Positions 54,521 through 64,000 of a DNA stretch of 64,000 bases are shown here, one piece after another. Each line of letters begins with the position of its first letter. Positions within the stretch are counted from its first letter, which is position 1. Location: NCBI GenBank assembly GCA_047285535.1, contig JBJBDC010000001.1, positions 1,344,136 to 1,408,135 on the forward strand, given 5' to 3'. Made by a program: the position numbers and the translations under genes. This stretch comes from Synechococcus sp. (GTDB lineage Bacteria > Cyanobacteriota > Cyanobacteriia > PCC-6307 > Cyanobiaceae). The notes beneath the pieces are model-generated. The model did not search any database. It worked only from the letters and a program-made list of their open reading frames with translations, and was not told the origin of the DNA.

Positions 54521-55274
54521 ACCTTTCCACAACGGCAACAAGCGCAACACCAACGAAAAACAAGCCTGAAATCGCCGCAGCTAGCAGCGACATCGTGATC
54601 GGATCCGTGGATGGCGTCAGCACGGCTCCTGCAAGCGCAGCAATCAACACGACCCATCGCCAGGCCGAGAGCATCTGCTTCCAACGAACCAAGCCAAACA
54701 ATCCCAGCAATAACTGCAAAACGGGCAACTGAAATGCCAGTCCCGTGGAGAGCATCAGCAGAAGCACAAAATCGAGATACCGCTCAATTGACCAGATAGG
54801 TTCCACCACATCAGCCCCGTAGCTCACCAGAAAGCCAAGCGCGGCCGGAATGAGTGCCCACCAGGAAAAAGCAATTCCTGCAAAAAAGAGCACCGCTGAA
54901 CCCGCCACAGCGGGAGCGATGAGACGACGCTCATTCCGCGTGAGACCGGGCATCACGAATGCCAAGCCTTGATACAAGACGTAAGGAATCGCCAAGGTTA
55001 GGCCGGCATAGCCGGCAACCTTGAACGAAACGAACAGGAATTCTCCAGGCGCCAGCTGAAGGAATCGGATCGATCCCGCGGGCTCCTCCAACACTCTCAC
55101 CAACGGTTTCACCGCGAGAAGGCAGGCCAAAGCTCCCATCACAATCGCGATCAGGCTGCGAAATACGCGCTGACGCAGCTCCTCCAGGTGCTCGACCAGT
55201 GACATTTCCACATCGTTGGGTGGAAGCCTCTCAGGCTGAGGTTGCACCCGAATCGGTGCGGGAGCGGGAAGCAC
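54471..55274 (-). CDS. tatC: Twin-arginine translocase subunit TatC
   Basis: MSLVEHLEELRQR, PGLT..ERR, FQLPV, AVLTPSTDP. Confidence 0.96.
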   Translation of the reverse strand: MLPAPAPIRVQPQPERLPPNDVEMSLVEHLEELRQRVFRSLIAIVMGALACLLAVKPLVRVLEEPAGSIRFLQLAPGEFLFVSFKVAGYAGLTLAIPYVLYQGLAFVMPGLTRNERRLIAPAVAGSAVLFFAGIAFSWWALIPAALGFLVSYGADVVEPIWSIERYLDFVLLLMLSTGLAFQLPVLQLLLGLFGLVRWKQMLSAWRWVVLIAALAGAVLTPSTDPITMSLLAAAISGLFFVGVALVAVVERFKAETPPDAPPPAAAG

Positions 55275-55325
55275 TGTTTTCTCGTTCGGCTCAGGAGGGA
55301 TCAGTCCGACTGCTATTGGGTTGAC

Positions 55326-57071
55326 TCAGGCTAAGAGCTTGCCGGCAATGAGACGCTGTCTTGCACGATCTGGCTCGGCCCAAATGACCTCACCATGTTT
55401 ATGTTGCACTGTTCCAAGCGCTGCACCAGAAATGCGGTGGAGATGCTCTGCAGGGGCTCTGACCACAGCAACCCGACGATTTCCCCGGGCGCGACTAAAC
55501 CATGCAGCCAGGTCAGCCGCAAGGGTGAGGTCGTCTTCGCTCGCAAAACCAGCCGATGCCTTCAACACAACATGACTGCCCGGACATTCCTGGGCATGAA
55601 ACCAAAGGTCACCAGGTCGTGCCCGCCGGAGGCTGATCCAGTCGTTTTGTCGATGATTTCGGCCCACTTGAATCAGGAGACCCGCCTCGCTGCGAATCTC
55701 GAGGGGCTGGGGATCCACGCGACGCGATCCCTGACGGCTGCGCCGCCGAAGCCGTTTTGGAGCCAACAGATCATCCAGTTCTTCTCGCAAGTCCAGGAGG
55801 CTTTTGGTGCGCGCCTCTAACCCATCCCAATCAGCACCGATCAGCTCTTCAAGAAAGCTTTGACTGCCCTCGAGCACAAGCAGCCGACTTTGGTGATGCT
55901 GCAATCGTTCTTCCAGTGCTGGCACAGCTCGTCGCAGTTTTCGCGCTCTGGCGTACAACTTCTGCGCGCGAGCAATGGTCTCACGATTCGGACTCACCTG
56001 ACACAACAACGCGTCTCCCTGTTTTTGCATGTCATCTGCACCACCCGTCTCCTCCAAGCCTGCCCTCTGATCAGCCAAAAGGGCCTCCTCACGAGTCCTT
56101 AACTGCTTGAGCTGCTTTTGCAAATCTTGGATGGCACGATTCAAATCCTGACGTTGAAGAACGGCGGCGTAGTACTCACCCAAACGCAGGCTTAGAGGCT
56201 GCCCACGTCTTGAGCACTCAACTAGCGAGTTCACTTCAGACGGCGGTACAGACGCAGGCTCCCAAACTCGATAGGAATTGGGCCCATCGAATTGAAGCTC
56301 AAACCCATTCGTCTCCAGCGTCTTCAACCAGCACTGCCATCGCTGATGCAAAATCTGCCAATCCTGCTCGCTCAGCTCATGAACGCTTGTCGCCAATCGC
56401 GCTCTGGCCTCGTCTTCATCCTGGGCTGCTAGCTGCTTCGCCAGAACTGGACTGATGCCCTGGTAGGCACTGCGCATTGCCCTTTCCAGGTTGAGCGGCA
56501 ACAGCTCCAAGCGTTCTCGCCATCGCTCCTCAGGCTCATCCAGCCGGGGAGCGATGCCTTGCAGGGCAGGAGGGGAGCTGTATTGATCTCCCGTACCCAT
56601 CGGCCTGACTCTTGACTGATGCATACGGACCTGACGTGCGATCGCCGTGATGCGTTGTCGGTCATCAAGGAGCAACAGATTGCTGTGACGCCCCATCAGT
56701 TCGAGCACCAAAATGCGCTGGGGAGACCGTCCTGGTCGAGGCGCAAACTGAAATTGCACAACCCGCTCAAACCCTTCCTGACTGAGCCCTGTAAGGGCAA
56801 GTTGGCAGAGGCCATGCTGAATCTGTTGTGCCAGCGTGCTTCCTGAACCCTGCTTCGGTGGCGCCTGGATTTCAACCAAGCGGGGAACTTCTGCTTTCCA
56901 GCTCAGTTCCAACCAAATCATTCCTCTCAGAGTGCGGAATCCGAGCTGAAGTGTCTGCGGGTCGGGCTGTTGGGCTTTCTCAAACCGACTGGGTAGCAAC
57001 CTGGCTCGTAAATCCGCCAGCACAGCCTTCAGGCTGGTGAGATCCATCACTTGCGGACTTTGGCTGGTCAT
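55326..57071 (-). CDS. rqcH: NFACT/RqcH (FbpA-like) ribosome quality-control protein
   Basis: ERVV, LELMGRHSN, VGRNHRQND, DLWFHAQECPGSHV. Confidence 0.88.
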   Translation of the reverse strand: MTSQSPQVMDLTSLKAVLADLRARLLPSRFEKAQQPDPQTLQLGFRTLRGMIWLELSWKAEVPRLVEIQAPPKQGSGSTLAQQIQHGLCQLALTGLSQEGFERVVQFQFAPRPGRSPQRILVLELMGRHSNLLLLDDRQRITAIARQVRMHQSRVRPMGTGDQYSSPPALQGIAPRLDEPEERWRERLELLPLNLERAMRSAYQGISPVLAKQLAAQDEDEARARLATSVHELSEQDWQILHQRWQCWLKTLETNGFELQFDGPNSYRVWEPASVPPSEVNSLVECSRRGQPLSLRLGEYYAAVLQRQDLNRAIQDLQKQLKQLRTREEALLADQRAGLEETGGADDMQKQGDALLCQVSPNRETIARAQKLYARARKLRRAVPALEERLQHHQSRLLVLEGSQSFLEELIGADWDGLEARTKSLLDLREELDDLLAPKRLRRRSRQGSRRVDPQPLEIRSEAGLLIQVGRNHRQNDWISLRRARPGDLWFHAQECPGSHVVLKASAGFASEDDLTLAADLAAWFSRARGNRRVAVVRAPAEHLHRISGAALGTVQHKHGEVIWAEPDRARQRLIAGKLLA

Positions 57072-57136
57072 GGATTGCCTGAAAAGCAGGCTGAACAGGA
57101 AGCCTTCCTACCCTGCGATGCAGTCTCAAGCAACGT

Positions 57137-57709
57137 ATGGCTCCTGATGAATCAATCGCCAGGCCCACGGTGCTCACCGGCCCGAGCGGCGTCGGCAAGG
57201 GCACCTTGGTCGCCCGCCTGAGAGAGCGTCATCCAGAGATATGGCTCTCAGTGTCGGCCACCACACGTGCTCCACGCAGTGGAGAAATCGATGGAGTTCA
57301 CTATTTTTTTCACTCCAAAGAACGGTTCAACAAACTCGTTGAAAGCGGTGGCTTGCTGGAGTGGGCTGAATTTGCTGGACACTGCTACGGAACACCTCGA
57401 CAACCCATCAGTGAACGCGTCGCAAACGGCATTCCCGTGCTTCTTGAAATTGAATTAGAGGGCGCCAGGCAGGTGAGAAACAGCTTGCCTAACGCAATCC
57501 AAATTTTTCTTGCACCACCTTCTGTTGAAGAGCTTGAGAAACGAATTCGCGGCCGTGGAACCGAAGCAGAGGAGGCGATACAGCGCCGGCTGAAGCGTGC
57601 ACAAGAAGAACTACTAGCTCAAACAGAATTCGATGCTGTGATCGTCAACGATGATCTTGAAACAGCTTTAGCAGAATTAGAAAAACAGATGAACTTGACT
57701 ATCTCCTGA
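57137..57709 (+). CDS. gmk: Guanylate kinase
   Basis: [36 protein letters not shown]. Confidence 0.97.
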   Translation: MAPDESIARPTVLTGPSGVGKGTLVARLRERHPEIWLSVSATTRAPRSGEIDGVHYFFHSKERFNKLVESGGLLEWAEFAGHCYGTPRQPISERVANGIPVLLEIELEGARQVRNSLPNAIQIFLAPPSVEELEKRIRGRGTEAEEAIQRRLKRAQEELLAQTEFDAVIVNDDLETALAELEKQMNLTIS

Positions 57710-57710
57710 G

Positions 57711-57741
57711 AAAAAAAGAGGAGCCCCTTGGGCCCCTCTTT
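57711..57741 (-). terminator. Intrinsic terminator for psaFJ (possibly bidirectional)
   Basis: - strand AAAGAGGGGCCC-AAG-GGGCTCCTCTTTTTTT. Confidence 0.78.
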
Positions 57742-57763
57742 GATGGGATTGTGAACTGAACGA

Positions 57764-57883
57764 TCAGCCCATGGGATGGAAGAGGAGATCAGGGAAAAAG
57801 CGATTCCACTCGATCATGATCCCGGCGGTGAGAGTGAACCAAATCGCGGCAACGACAGGTGCAGTAGTAAGAAATTTCTTCAT
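57764..57883 (-). CDS. psaJ: Photosystem I subunit IX
   Basis: Not in ORF track; [39 protein letters not shown]. Confidence 0.97.
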   Translation of the reverse strand: MKKFLTTAPVVAAIWFTLTAGIMIEWNRFFPDLLFHPMG

Positions 57884-57915
57884 CGGGAAAAAGATAAGGA
57901 CTTCGTGGTTCGAGT

Positions 57916-58395
57916 TCAGCGGGGAGAGACGGTCACCTTGTTGTCGCTTTCAAGCAATTTGCCACTGGTGAATTCACCAAAAGCAGCGACAGGCCAAGCG
58001 GCTGATGCCAACAGGGACTTGAGGGCAAGAGAGAGATCAATTTGAATCTCTTTCGTGTACTGCTCCTTGGTACCGCGAGTGCCTTTGAGGTACTCACGAC
58101 CCGCCCAGCCAATGCAACCATTGATGTAGAGGAACATCAGGCCTGGGAAGACGAAATCACCAGCATGGCTCCAACGGCCATCCACGATTAAATGAGGCAG
58201 CCCATCATCACCACAAACGGCCTCGCTATACCTCTCGAAGCGAGCCTTAGCTTGAGGCGTGGCGGCAGCGCTTGCTCGCTGCTGAAAACGGGCACTTTCG
58301 GCGCAAGGTGTCAAACCAGCTACATCAGCCTTGGCGACGGGGGCAAATCCGAACACCAGCAGGGCCGAGAGCGCAAGAGCGAAGAGACGACGCAT
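57916..58395 (-). CDS. psaF: Photosystem I subunit III
   Basis: [39 protein letters not shown]. Confidence 0.97.
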   Translation of the reverse strand: MRRLFALALSALLVFGFAPVAKADVAGLTPCAESARFQQRASAAATPQAKARFERYSEAVCGDDGLPHLIVDGRWSHAGDFVFPGLMFLYINGCIGWAGREYLKGTRGTKEQYTKEIQIDLSLALKSLLASAAWPVAAFGEFTSGKLLESDNKVTVSPR

Positions 58396-58472
58396 CGGAA
58401 CGGTTCCTGTTGAGCCTGCCCCAAAGCGGCAGGATGTCACAAATGGACAGTAGGGGAGATCCCTCCATCTTC

Positions 58473-59543
58473 ATGCCCACAGTGCTTGGCCTCGAAACAA
58501 GTTGTGACGAGTCAGCCGCGGCGGTGCTCCGCCAGGAGGGCGGCAAGCTGATGGTTTTATCCCACGGCATCGCCTCCCAGGTTGAGGAGCACGCGCAATG
58601 GGGTGGGGTCGTTCCTGAGATTGCCTCACGACGGCATGTGGAAGCGCTCCCAAACCTCGTGGAGCACGCCTTAAAAGACGCTGGTCTCATTGCTGCCGAC
58701 CTTGATGCCATCGCGGCAACCGTGGCCCCTGGCTTGGTGGGAGCGCTCATGGTGGGCTCCATCACTGGACGAACACTGGCCGCCCTTCATCAGAAACCCT
58801 TCCTCGCCGTTCACCATCTGGAGGCGCACCTCGCTTCAGTGTTCCTTGCAGATCACCGTCCAAAGGCCCCTTATCTCGTCCTTCTCGTGAGTGGAGGTCA
58901 CACCGAACTCATTCGGGTGGATCAGCGCGGAGAGATGGAACGCCTGGGACGAAGCCATGACGATGCGGCAGGTGAAGCTTTCGACAAAGTGGCTCGACTC
59001 ATGGGTTTGGGCTACCCGGGAGGTCCTGCGATTCAATCCATAGCCATGCATGGTGAACCTAAGAAGTTTCGATTGCCGAAAGGGCGGGTCTCGAAACCAG
59101 GAGGAGGCTTCTATCCCTACGACTTTTCGTTCAGCGGACTAAAGACTGCAGTGCTTCGACAAGTGGAATCGCTGAAGGGCGAGTCGGATCAACTTCCCCT
59201 TGCTGATTTGGCAGCCAGCTTTGAGCAGATTGTTGTAGATGTTCTGGTGGAGCGCAGCCTGCGCTGTTGCCTTGATCAAGGGCTCGATCAATTAATCATG
59301 GTTGGAGGCGTTGCTGCCAACCTTCGTCTGCGTTCTCAGATGCAGAACGAAGGACAGGCCCTAGGAGTGTCTGTGCATACTGCCCCTTTGGCCTACTGCA
59401 CGGACAATGCAGCCATGGTTGCCGCAGCGGCACTGCTTCGACTCTCAAGTGGCATACAAGCCAGCTCTCTGGACCTTGGCGTGTCAGCGCGATGGCCACT
59501 AGAGAAAACTCTCAGCCTTTATGAGGACACTCCACCATTCTGA
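58473..59543 (+). CDS. tsaD: tRNA threonylcarbamoyladenosine transferase TsaD
   Basis: [48 protein letters not shown]. Confidence 0.97.
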   Translation: MPTVLGLETSCDESAAAVLRQEGGKLMVLSHGIASQVEEHAQWGGVVPEIASRRHVEALPNLVEHALKDAGLIAADLDAIAATVAPGLVGALMVGSITGRTLAALHQKPFLAVHHLEAHLASVFLADHRPKAPYLVLLVSGGHTELIRVDQRGEMERLGRSHDDAAGEAFDKVARLMGLGYPGGPAIQSIAMHGEPKKFRLPKGRVSKPGGGFYPYDFSFSGLKTAVLRQVESLKGESDQLPLADLAASFEQIVVDVLVERSLRCCLDQGLDQLIMVGGVAANLRLRSQMQNEGQALGVSVHTAPLAYCTDNAAMVAAAALLRLSSGIQASSLDLGVSARWPLEKTLSLYEDTPPF

Positions 59544-59581
59544 AAATCCTCTTAAGGTGGTGATCCTAATGCACGCTTGTA

Positions 59582-59767
59582 ATGACTACTCAAAATGATC
59601 TCTCAGACAAGGCTGCAGCAGAATCAATAGATCCAATTGAGTTGAATGCCTGGAAGCGAGGATTTACTCCTCAAGCAGAAATCTGGAATGGTCGCTTGGC
59701 GATGTTGGGATTATCCATAGGCATAGCAACACTTTTTACCGTTCGCACGTTCAATCTTGGCGGCTAA
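59582..59767 (+). CDS. hli: High-light-inducible protein
   Basis: GFTPQAEIWNGRLAMLG (ExxNxR); lacks the TGQIIPG tail of multicopy/phage-type Hlips. Confidence 0.92.
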   Translation: MTTQNDLSDKAAAESIDPIELNAWKRGFTPQAEIWNGRLAMLGLSIGIATLFTVRTFNLGG

Positions 59768-59774
59768 GCAACCA

Positions 59775-60917
59775 TTAACCAAGACCTCTCAATGCCTGAG
59801 CAAGCTCATTTGGTCGAGAGCTCATTTCAATCGCTTTGCTACCATCTACCTGACCAGATTCAACCAAACGCTGCAAAGACTGATTAGCAGTCATCATGCC
59901 GGCAAAGTCGCTCCTTGACATAATATCCTCAACATCATCTAAATCTCCTCTTTGGATATAATCCTTACAAGCATCAGTAACAATTAGAAGGTCATGATAA
60001 GCCACCCTAGTTCCAGAAACATCTTGAACTAATCCTTGCGAGATAATGCCAGAAAGTGTTTCAGACAAAGACTGTCTAACACTGTCTTGCTCTTCAGGCT
60101 GATACATTCCAATGACACGCTCAACTGTCTTTACGGCTGAATTAGTATGTAAAGTTCCCAAAACAAGATGGCCCGTCTGTGCAGCCTCCATTGCGGTGGA
60201 AAGTGTTTCTTTGTCGCGAATTTCACCAACTAAAATTACATCAGGATCTTCACGGAGTGCCGCTCTTAATGCATTATGAAATTGAAGTGTGTGCCGCCCT
60301 ACCTCACGCTGTCGAATAAGAGACTGATGACTTTCATGCACAAATTCAATCGGATCCTCAATCGTGAGGATATGTTTATTTTGGTTGCGGTTAATCCAAT
60401 CAATCATGGCCGCAAGTGTGGTGCTTTTTCCTGAGCCGGTTGGGCCGGTAACCAGCAACAAGCCTTTGGGGTGAGAGCAAAGATCTTGAAGGACAGATGG
60501 CAGTTTCAGCTCCTCAAGCGAAAGGATCTTTTGGGGGATCAAGCGCAACACAATCGCTGCACCTCGAAGAGCATCAAAGAGGTTGATTCGTACCCTTACA
60601 AATGGGAAGGCATAGGCCCCATCGAACTCTTTGAACTGCCTGAAATCGTCCACTTGCTGGGGTGTCAGCAACTCCCCCAGCCAGTCCTGGAACTCGTCTG
60701 GATTGGTGGAAGACCATTCGGAACAAACGATCTCGCCTCGAGATCGAAATCTTGGCCTCTCTCCAATCCCAAGGTGGATATCAGAATAACCCTGTTCATA
60801 AGCGATCCGAACGATCTGCTCCAATGAAGGGGACGCCGAAACCGAAGATTCCGTGACGAACGATTTTGCTTGAGTGGGTCGAACGGGGAGGCCAGGTGGG
60901 AAAACAGGCTGACTCAT
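59775..60917 (-). CDS. pilT: PilT/PilU-family type IV pilus ATPase
   Basis: SDIHL, GPTGSGKSTT, TIEDPIE, ALREDPDVILVGEIRD, TGHLV..TLHT. Confidence 0.9.
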   Translation of the reverse strand: MSQPVFPPGLPVRPTQAKSFVTESSVSASPSLEQIVRIAYEQGYSDIHLGIGERPRFRSRGEIVCSEWSSTNPDEFQDWLGELLTPQQVDDFRQFKEFDGAYAFPFVRVRINLFDALRGAAIVLRLIPQKILSLEELKLPSVLQDLCSHPKGLLLVTGPTGSGKSTTLAAMIDWINRNQNKHILTIEDPIEFVHESHQSLIRQREVGRHTLQFHNALRAALREDPDVILVGEIRDKETLSTAMEAAQTGHLVLGTLHTNSAVKTVERVIGMYQPEEQDSVRQSLSETLSGIISQGLVQDVSGTRVAYHDLLIVTDACKDYIQRGDLDDVEDIMSRSDFAGMMTANQSLQRLVESGQVDGSKAIEMSSRPNELAQALRGLG

Positions 60918-61026
60918 GGTGACTTGTCTGTTTCATTTAGCTTCGATGTGCTTCGTCAACTGGCAAATCAGAGCCAAGACCTAGAAGAGAGATCACCCGT
61001 AAGCTTATTTGACAGTGTTAATGGTT

Positions 61027-62139
61027 ATGGGCAGCCTGCCAAGAGTGACGATCGTCCTAGGCACCAGGCCTGAGGCCATCAAATTGGCTCCTGTCATCCA
61101 AGAATTCCGGGCCTGTGAGGCACTGGAGACCCGCGTGGTTCTAACCGGTCAGCACAGAGAGATGGTGTCTCAAGTAATGGATCTGTTTGGCTTGACCGCC
61201 AATCTTGATCTCAATCTCATGGCCCCACAACAAACCCTGACGCACGTAACGTGCTCTGCCCTTCAAGGCTTGCGTGATGACTTCCAAGCCTTCCCTCCAA
61301 GGCTCGTTCTGGTTCAAGGAGATACAACCACTGCTTTCGCGGCTGCGCTTTCCGCTTTTTATGAGCAAATCCCTGTTGGCCATGTGGAAGCGGGCCTTCG
61401 AACAGACAATCTTTTGGATCCTTTCCCTGAAGAAGCGAATCGCAGACTGATTTCTCAGATTTCGCATCTTCATTTCGCTCCCACCAAGCAATCAGAAGCG
61501 AACCTCCAGGCATCAGGGGTCGTTGGCCGCGTGATGCTAACGGGCAACACCGTGATCGATGCCCTGCTGCGGATGTCAGAGAGGGCTCCTGTTCTGAACG
61601 ACTTACCTATTGACTGGAATCAACAAAGGGTGATTTTGGCGACAGTTCACCGTCGTGAGAATTGGGGTGACCGTTTAAAGAGCATTGCGGATGGAATGCT
61701 CCGTGTGCTCGACAGCCATCCCGATACCGTTTTGCTTTTGCCCTTGCATCGCAACCCAACCGTGCGTGATCCCTTACAGGCATGGCTAGGGAAACATCCT
61801 CAAATTGTTCTCACCGAGCCACTGGATTACGACCGATTGGTGGCTGCAATGAAAGGCTGCACACTTCTGCTTACAGACTCTGGGGGATTGCAAGAAGAAG
61901 CACCTGCACTCGGCAAACCGGTCCTTGTACTGCGAGAAACCACCGAAAGACCTGAAGCTGTTGAAGCCGGAACAGCCAGACTGGTAGGGACTGATCCAAC
62001 CTCGATTGAGCGTGAAACATCTCTGTTGTTAGACGACAGCCAGGCCTACAACGCAATGGCGAAAGCTGTTAATCCCTTTGGCGATGGCCAGGCAAGCGGA
62101 AGGATTTTGGGAGCGGCCCTTGAACTCTTGGCAGGCTGA
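61027..62139 (+). CDS. wecB: UDP-N-acetylglucosamine 2-epimerase (non-hydrolysing)
   Basis: GTRPEAIK, QGDT, HVEAGLRT, PEEANR, HRREN, DSGGLQEE, PFGDG. Confidence 0.96.
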   Translation: MGSLPRVTIVLGTRPEAIKLAPVIQEFRACEALETRVVLTGQHREMVSQVMDLFGLTANLDLNLMAPQQTLTHVTCSALQGLRDDFQAFPPRLVLVQGDTTTAFAAALSAFYEQIPVGHVEAGLRTDNLLDPFPEEANRRLISQISHLHFAPTKQSEANLQASGVVGRVMLTGNTVIDALLRMSERAPVLNDLPIDWNQQRVILATVHRRENWGDRLKSIADGMLRVLDSHPDTVLLLPLHRNPTVRDPLQAWLGKHPQIVLTEPLDYDRLVAAMKGCTLLLTDSGGLQEEAPALGKPVLVLRETTERPEAVEAGTARLVGTDPTSIERETSLLLDDSQAYNAMAKAVNPFGDGQASGRILGAALELLAG

Positions 62140-62671
62140 TGCAGCGCTGAGTCTCTGCGGTTGCTACCGCTGGTTGCTGCATCGGCCCATTCAGGCAAAC
62201 CATGACCAAGCTAAAAAGCAGAGGGTTCTGGTGTTCATTGGACTGAATCCTTCGCGAGCAGATGGGAGTCGAGACGACCCCACCCTGCGTCGTCTTCAAC
62301 GGTTCTCACACAACTGGGGATATCACCATCTTGTGGTTCTCAATCTTTTTGCACGCATCTCGACTTCCCCCTCATGGCTTCGACGATGCCAAGAGCCAAT
62401 CGGTGAAGAGAATGATCAGCACTTGCGCCAATGGTTCCATCATTGGGCCCACCAGCCCACTTGGGATCTCTGGCTGGGATGGGGTGCTTTTGGAGAACTG
62501 ATGCAACGTGATGCGGTTGTGCTCAAGATGTTGGACGAAGTCAGCGATCAACGAGGACACCATCCACCCCCGTTTGTAACGGGTCTCACCAAAGCGGGCT
62601 ATCCCCGTCATCCCCTTTACTTACCAAGTGGTGTGCAGAGATGTGCCTGGGCAGGCAGTACGGTTCACTGA
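62120..62671 (+). CDS. DUF1643-family protein
   Basis: YRW.L, FIGLNPS.AD...DDPT, NLFA, G.END, GWG, G.PRHPLY; start uncertain (TTG at 62120 versus track 62078). Confidence 0.8.
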   Translation: MNSWQADAALSLCGCYRWLLHRPIQANHDQAKKQRVLVFIGLNPSRADGSRDDPTLRRLQRFSHNWGYHHLVVLNLFARISTSPSWLRRCQEPIGEENDQHLRQWFHHWAHQPTWDLWLGWGAFGELMQRDAVVLKMLDEVSDQRGHHPPPFVTGLTKAGYPRHPLYLPSGVQRCAWAGSTVH

Positions 62672-62916
62672 TGAACCGCACTCCGCGCCGGTATCGGATC
62701 TCCCTTCACCTGTCTGGCGGGCAGAGCGAAGTGGTGCATTTCTCATCACTGGATCAATTCCAAGATTGGTATCAAGGTCTGGTCAACGCCAGTACTGAAG
62801 GGGGCTTTGTCAATGTCCCCCTGAGCGACTTAGACGGTGAGTTTCTGGTGGTGCGTCCGGAGGCTGTCATTGGAATGCGGGTTGAACCGCAATACGCCTC
62901 GATCGATGACACCTGA
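62671..62916 (+). CDS. Hypothetical protein (81 aa)
   Basis: ATG at 62671 in TGATG overlap with the DUF1643 stop; overlaps the start of the next gene. Confidence 0.7.
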   Translation: MNRTPRRYRISLHLSGGQSEVVHFSSLDQFQDWYQGLVNASTEGGFVNVPLSDLDGEFLVVRPEAVIGMRVEPQYASIDDT

Positions 62917-64000
62917 GCGTTTAGGACTGCTTTGGGGCATCACTGTCTTTGCAGGAGCAGGGGCACGATTACTTGCCGCTCTATCGAATCTCCCTGGTGT
63001 GGTCTTGTTGCTGCTGTCGGGATTGCTGATTGGGCGCTCTGGATTAGGGCTCGTTGAACCTCTTGATCTCGGCCAGGGACTGCCAACGATTGTTGGACTT
63101 TTGGTAAGCCTTGTGTTGTTTGACGGAGGTCTCAACCTGCGCCTACCTGGAGACACCATCAAAGCGACGGTGCTTCGCATCTCCATTCTGAGGATTTTGA
63201 TCTCTCTCGGTGCAGGAATTCTCGCCGCACACTGGCTCGCTGGCCTGGGATGGTCCTTGGCTGCTGTATTTAGCGCCATAGTGTTGGCCACGGGACCCAC
63301 AGTGGTCACCCCAATTGTGAAACAAATCCGCCTCGCCCATCCACTGGGGGATGTGCTTGAAGCCGAAGGACTTGTGCTGGAACCAATAGGGGCTGTCTTG
63401 GCTCTGCTCCTCTTGGAACTCGCTTTGGGTGATCTACATGGCTGGCGTGAACTGGCCCTAGGTCTGCTGGCACGCTTGGGAGGGGGAGTGCTGATTGGCG
63501 TTGCTATTGGTTGGCTTCTAGCCGAAGGGTTACGCCGTCTGAATACGTCTCAATCAGTCGGATTGCGCTTGCAACTCACCCTTGGGGCGTTGTTCCTGAT
63601 GTTTGGCATTGCTGAATGGTTACTCCCAGAATCGGGGCTGCCCGCATCTGTTGCCGCAGGCGTCGTCGTCGGTCGTCGCTCATCTGAAGAAGCAGGTCAA
63701 CTCGATGAGCTCATCCGAGAGTTAGCCTCGCTCGCCATCACCATGCTTTTTCCTCTGCTCGCGGCTGACGTGTCCTGGGCTGAGCTGAGTCCACTCGGCT
63801 GGGGCGGCGTCAGTTGTGTTTTGGTGCTCATGCTGATTGTGCGCCCTGTTGCGGTGAGCGTGGCGACGGTCGGTTTGCCGTTGGTATGGCGTCAGCGCGT
63901 GTTCCTAGCCTGGCTCGCCCCCCGCGGGATTGTCACAGCAGCTGTTGCCTCATTGTTCGCAATTCGCCTGGAGCAGGCTGGAATTTTGGGAGCTGGTCGC
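62906..64000 (+). CDS. Cation:proton antiporter (CPA1/NhaP-type), runs off the right edge
   Basis: Not in ORF track; MTPERLGLLWGITVFAG..PGVVLLLLSG..LFDGGLNL..ATGPTVVTP..LEAEG..EPIGA..APRGIVTAAVA. Confidence 0.9.
   Translation, partial: MTPERLGLLWGITVFAGAGARLLAALSNLPGVVLLLLSGLLIGRSGLGLVEPLDLGQGLPTIVGLLVSLVLFDGGLNLRLPGDTIKATVLRISILRILISLGAGILAAHWLAGLGWSLAAVFSAIVLATGPTVVTPIVKQIRLAHPLGDVLEAEGLVLEPIGAVLALLLLELALGDLHGWRELALGLLARLGGGVLIGVAIGWLLAEGLRRLNTSQSVGLRLQLTLGALFLMFGIAEWLLPESGLPASVAAGVVVGRRSSEEAGQLDELIRELASLAITMLFPLLAADVSWAELSPLGWGGVSCVLVLMLIVRPVAVSVATVGLPLVWRQRVFLAWLAPRGIVTAAVASLFAIRLEQAGILGAGR

Noticed and set aside
56638..56645. HIP1 octamer GCGATCGC
   Set aside because: Only an isolated copy noticed in a non-exhaustive scan; no enrichment, as expected for marine picocyanobacteria
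58428..58452. Possible RpaB/HLR1 direct repeat upstream of psaF
   Set aside because: Half-sites are degenerate and spaced 8 rather than 10 nt apart

Overview
A gene-dense stretch of core chromosome from a marine picocyanobacterium, very likely marine Synechococcus (inferred from gene content, synteny and protein sequences). It runs from a left-truncated pnp through rpsN, rseP, serS, the rpmH-rnpA-yidC-yceD-ycf46 cluster, aroH/sppA, an EamA-GT4-ArnT cluster, vipp1-trx-aminotransferase-birA, ndhB, topA and a cobT-like cluster. It continues through ribE, ctaCDE/ctaAB, groEL2, fabG, a K+ channel, ispD, ubiA, ppx, tRNA-Val(CAC), cobM-lgt-petA-petC, tatC, NFACT/RqcH, gmk, psaFJ, tsaD, hli, pilT and wecB, ending in a right-truncated Na+/H+ antiporter. 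By eye I found no mobile element, prophage, CRISPR array, defence island or clearly new multi-gene system. The best leads are small. (1) The cobM stop codon lies inside the tRNA-Val gene. (2) A translationally coupled EamA-GT4-ArnT module could glycosylate lipid A. (3) A DUF2232-CobT-like-solute-binding-protein module is coupled to topA. (4) A DUF1643 protein has UDG-like motifs and is followed by an 81-aa protein with an Sm/Hfq-like pattern. (5) A K-box-like motif lies upstream of groEL2. (6) Several small ORFs are missing from the ORF track. All family calls are by motif recognition; no searches were run.
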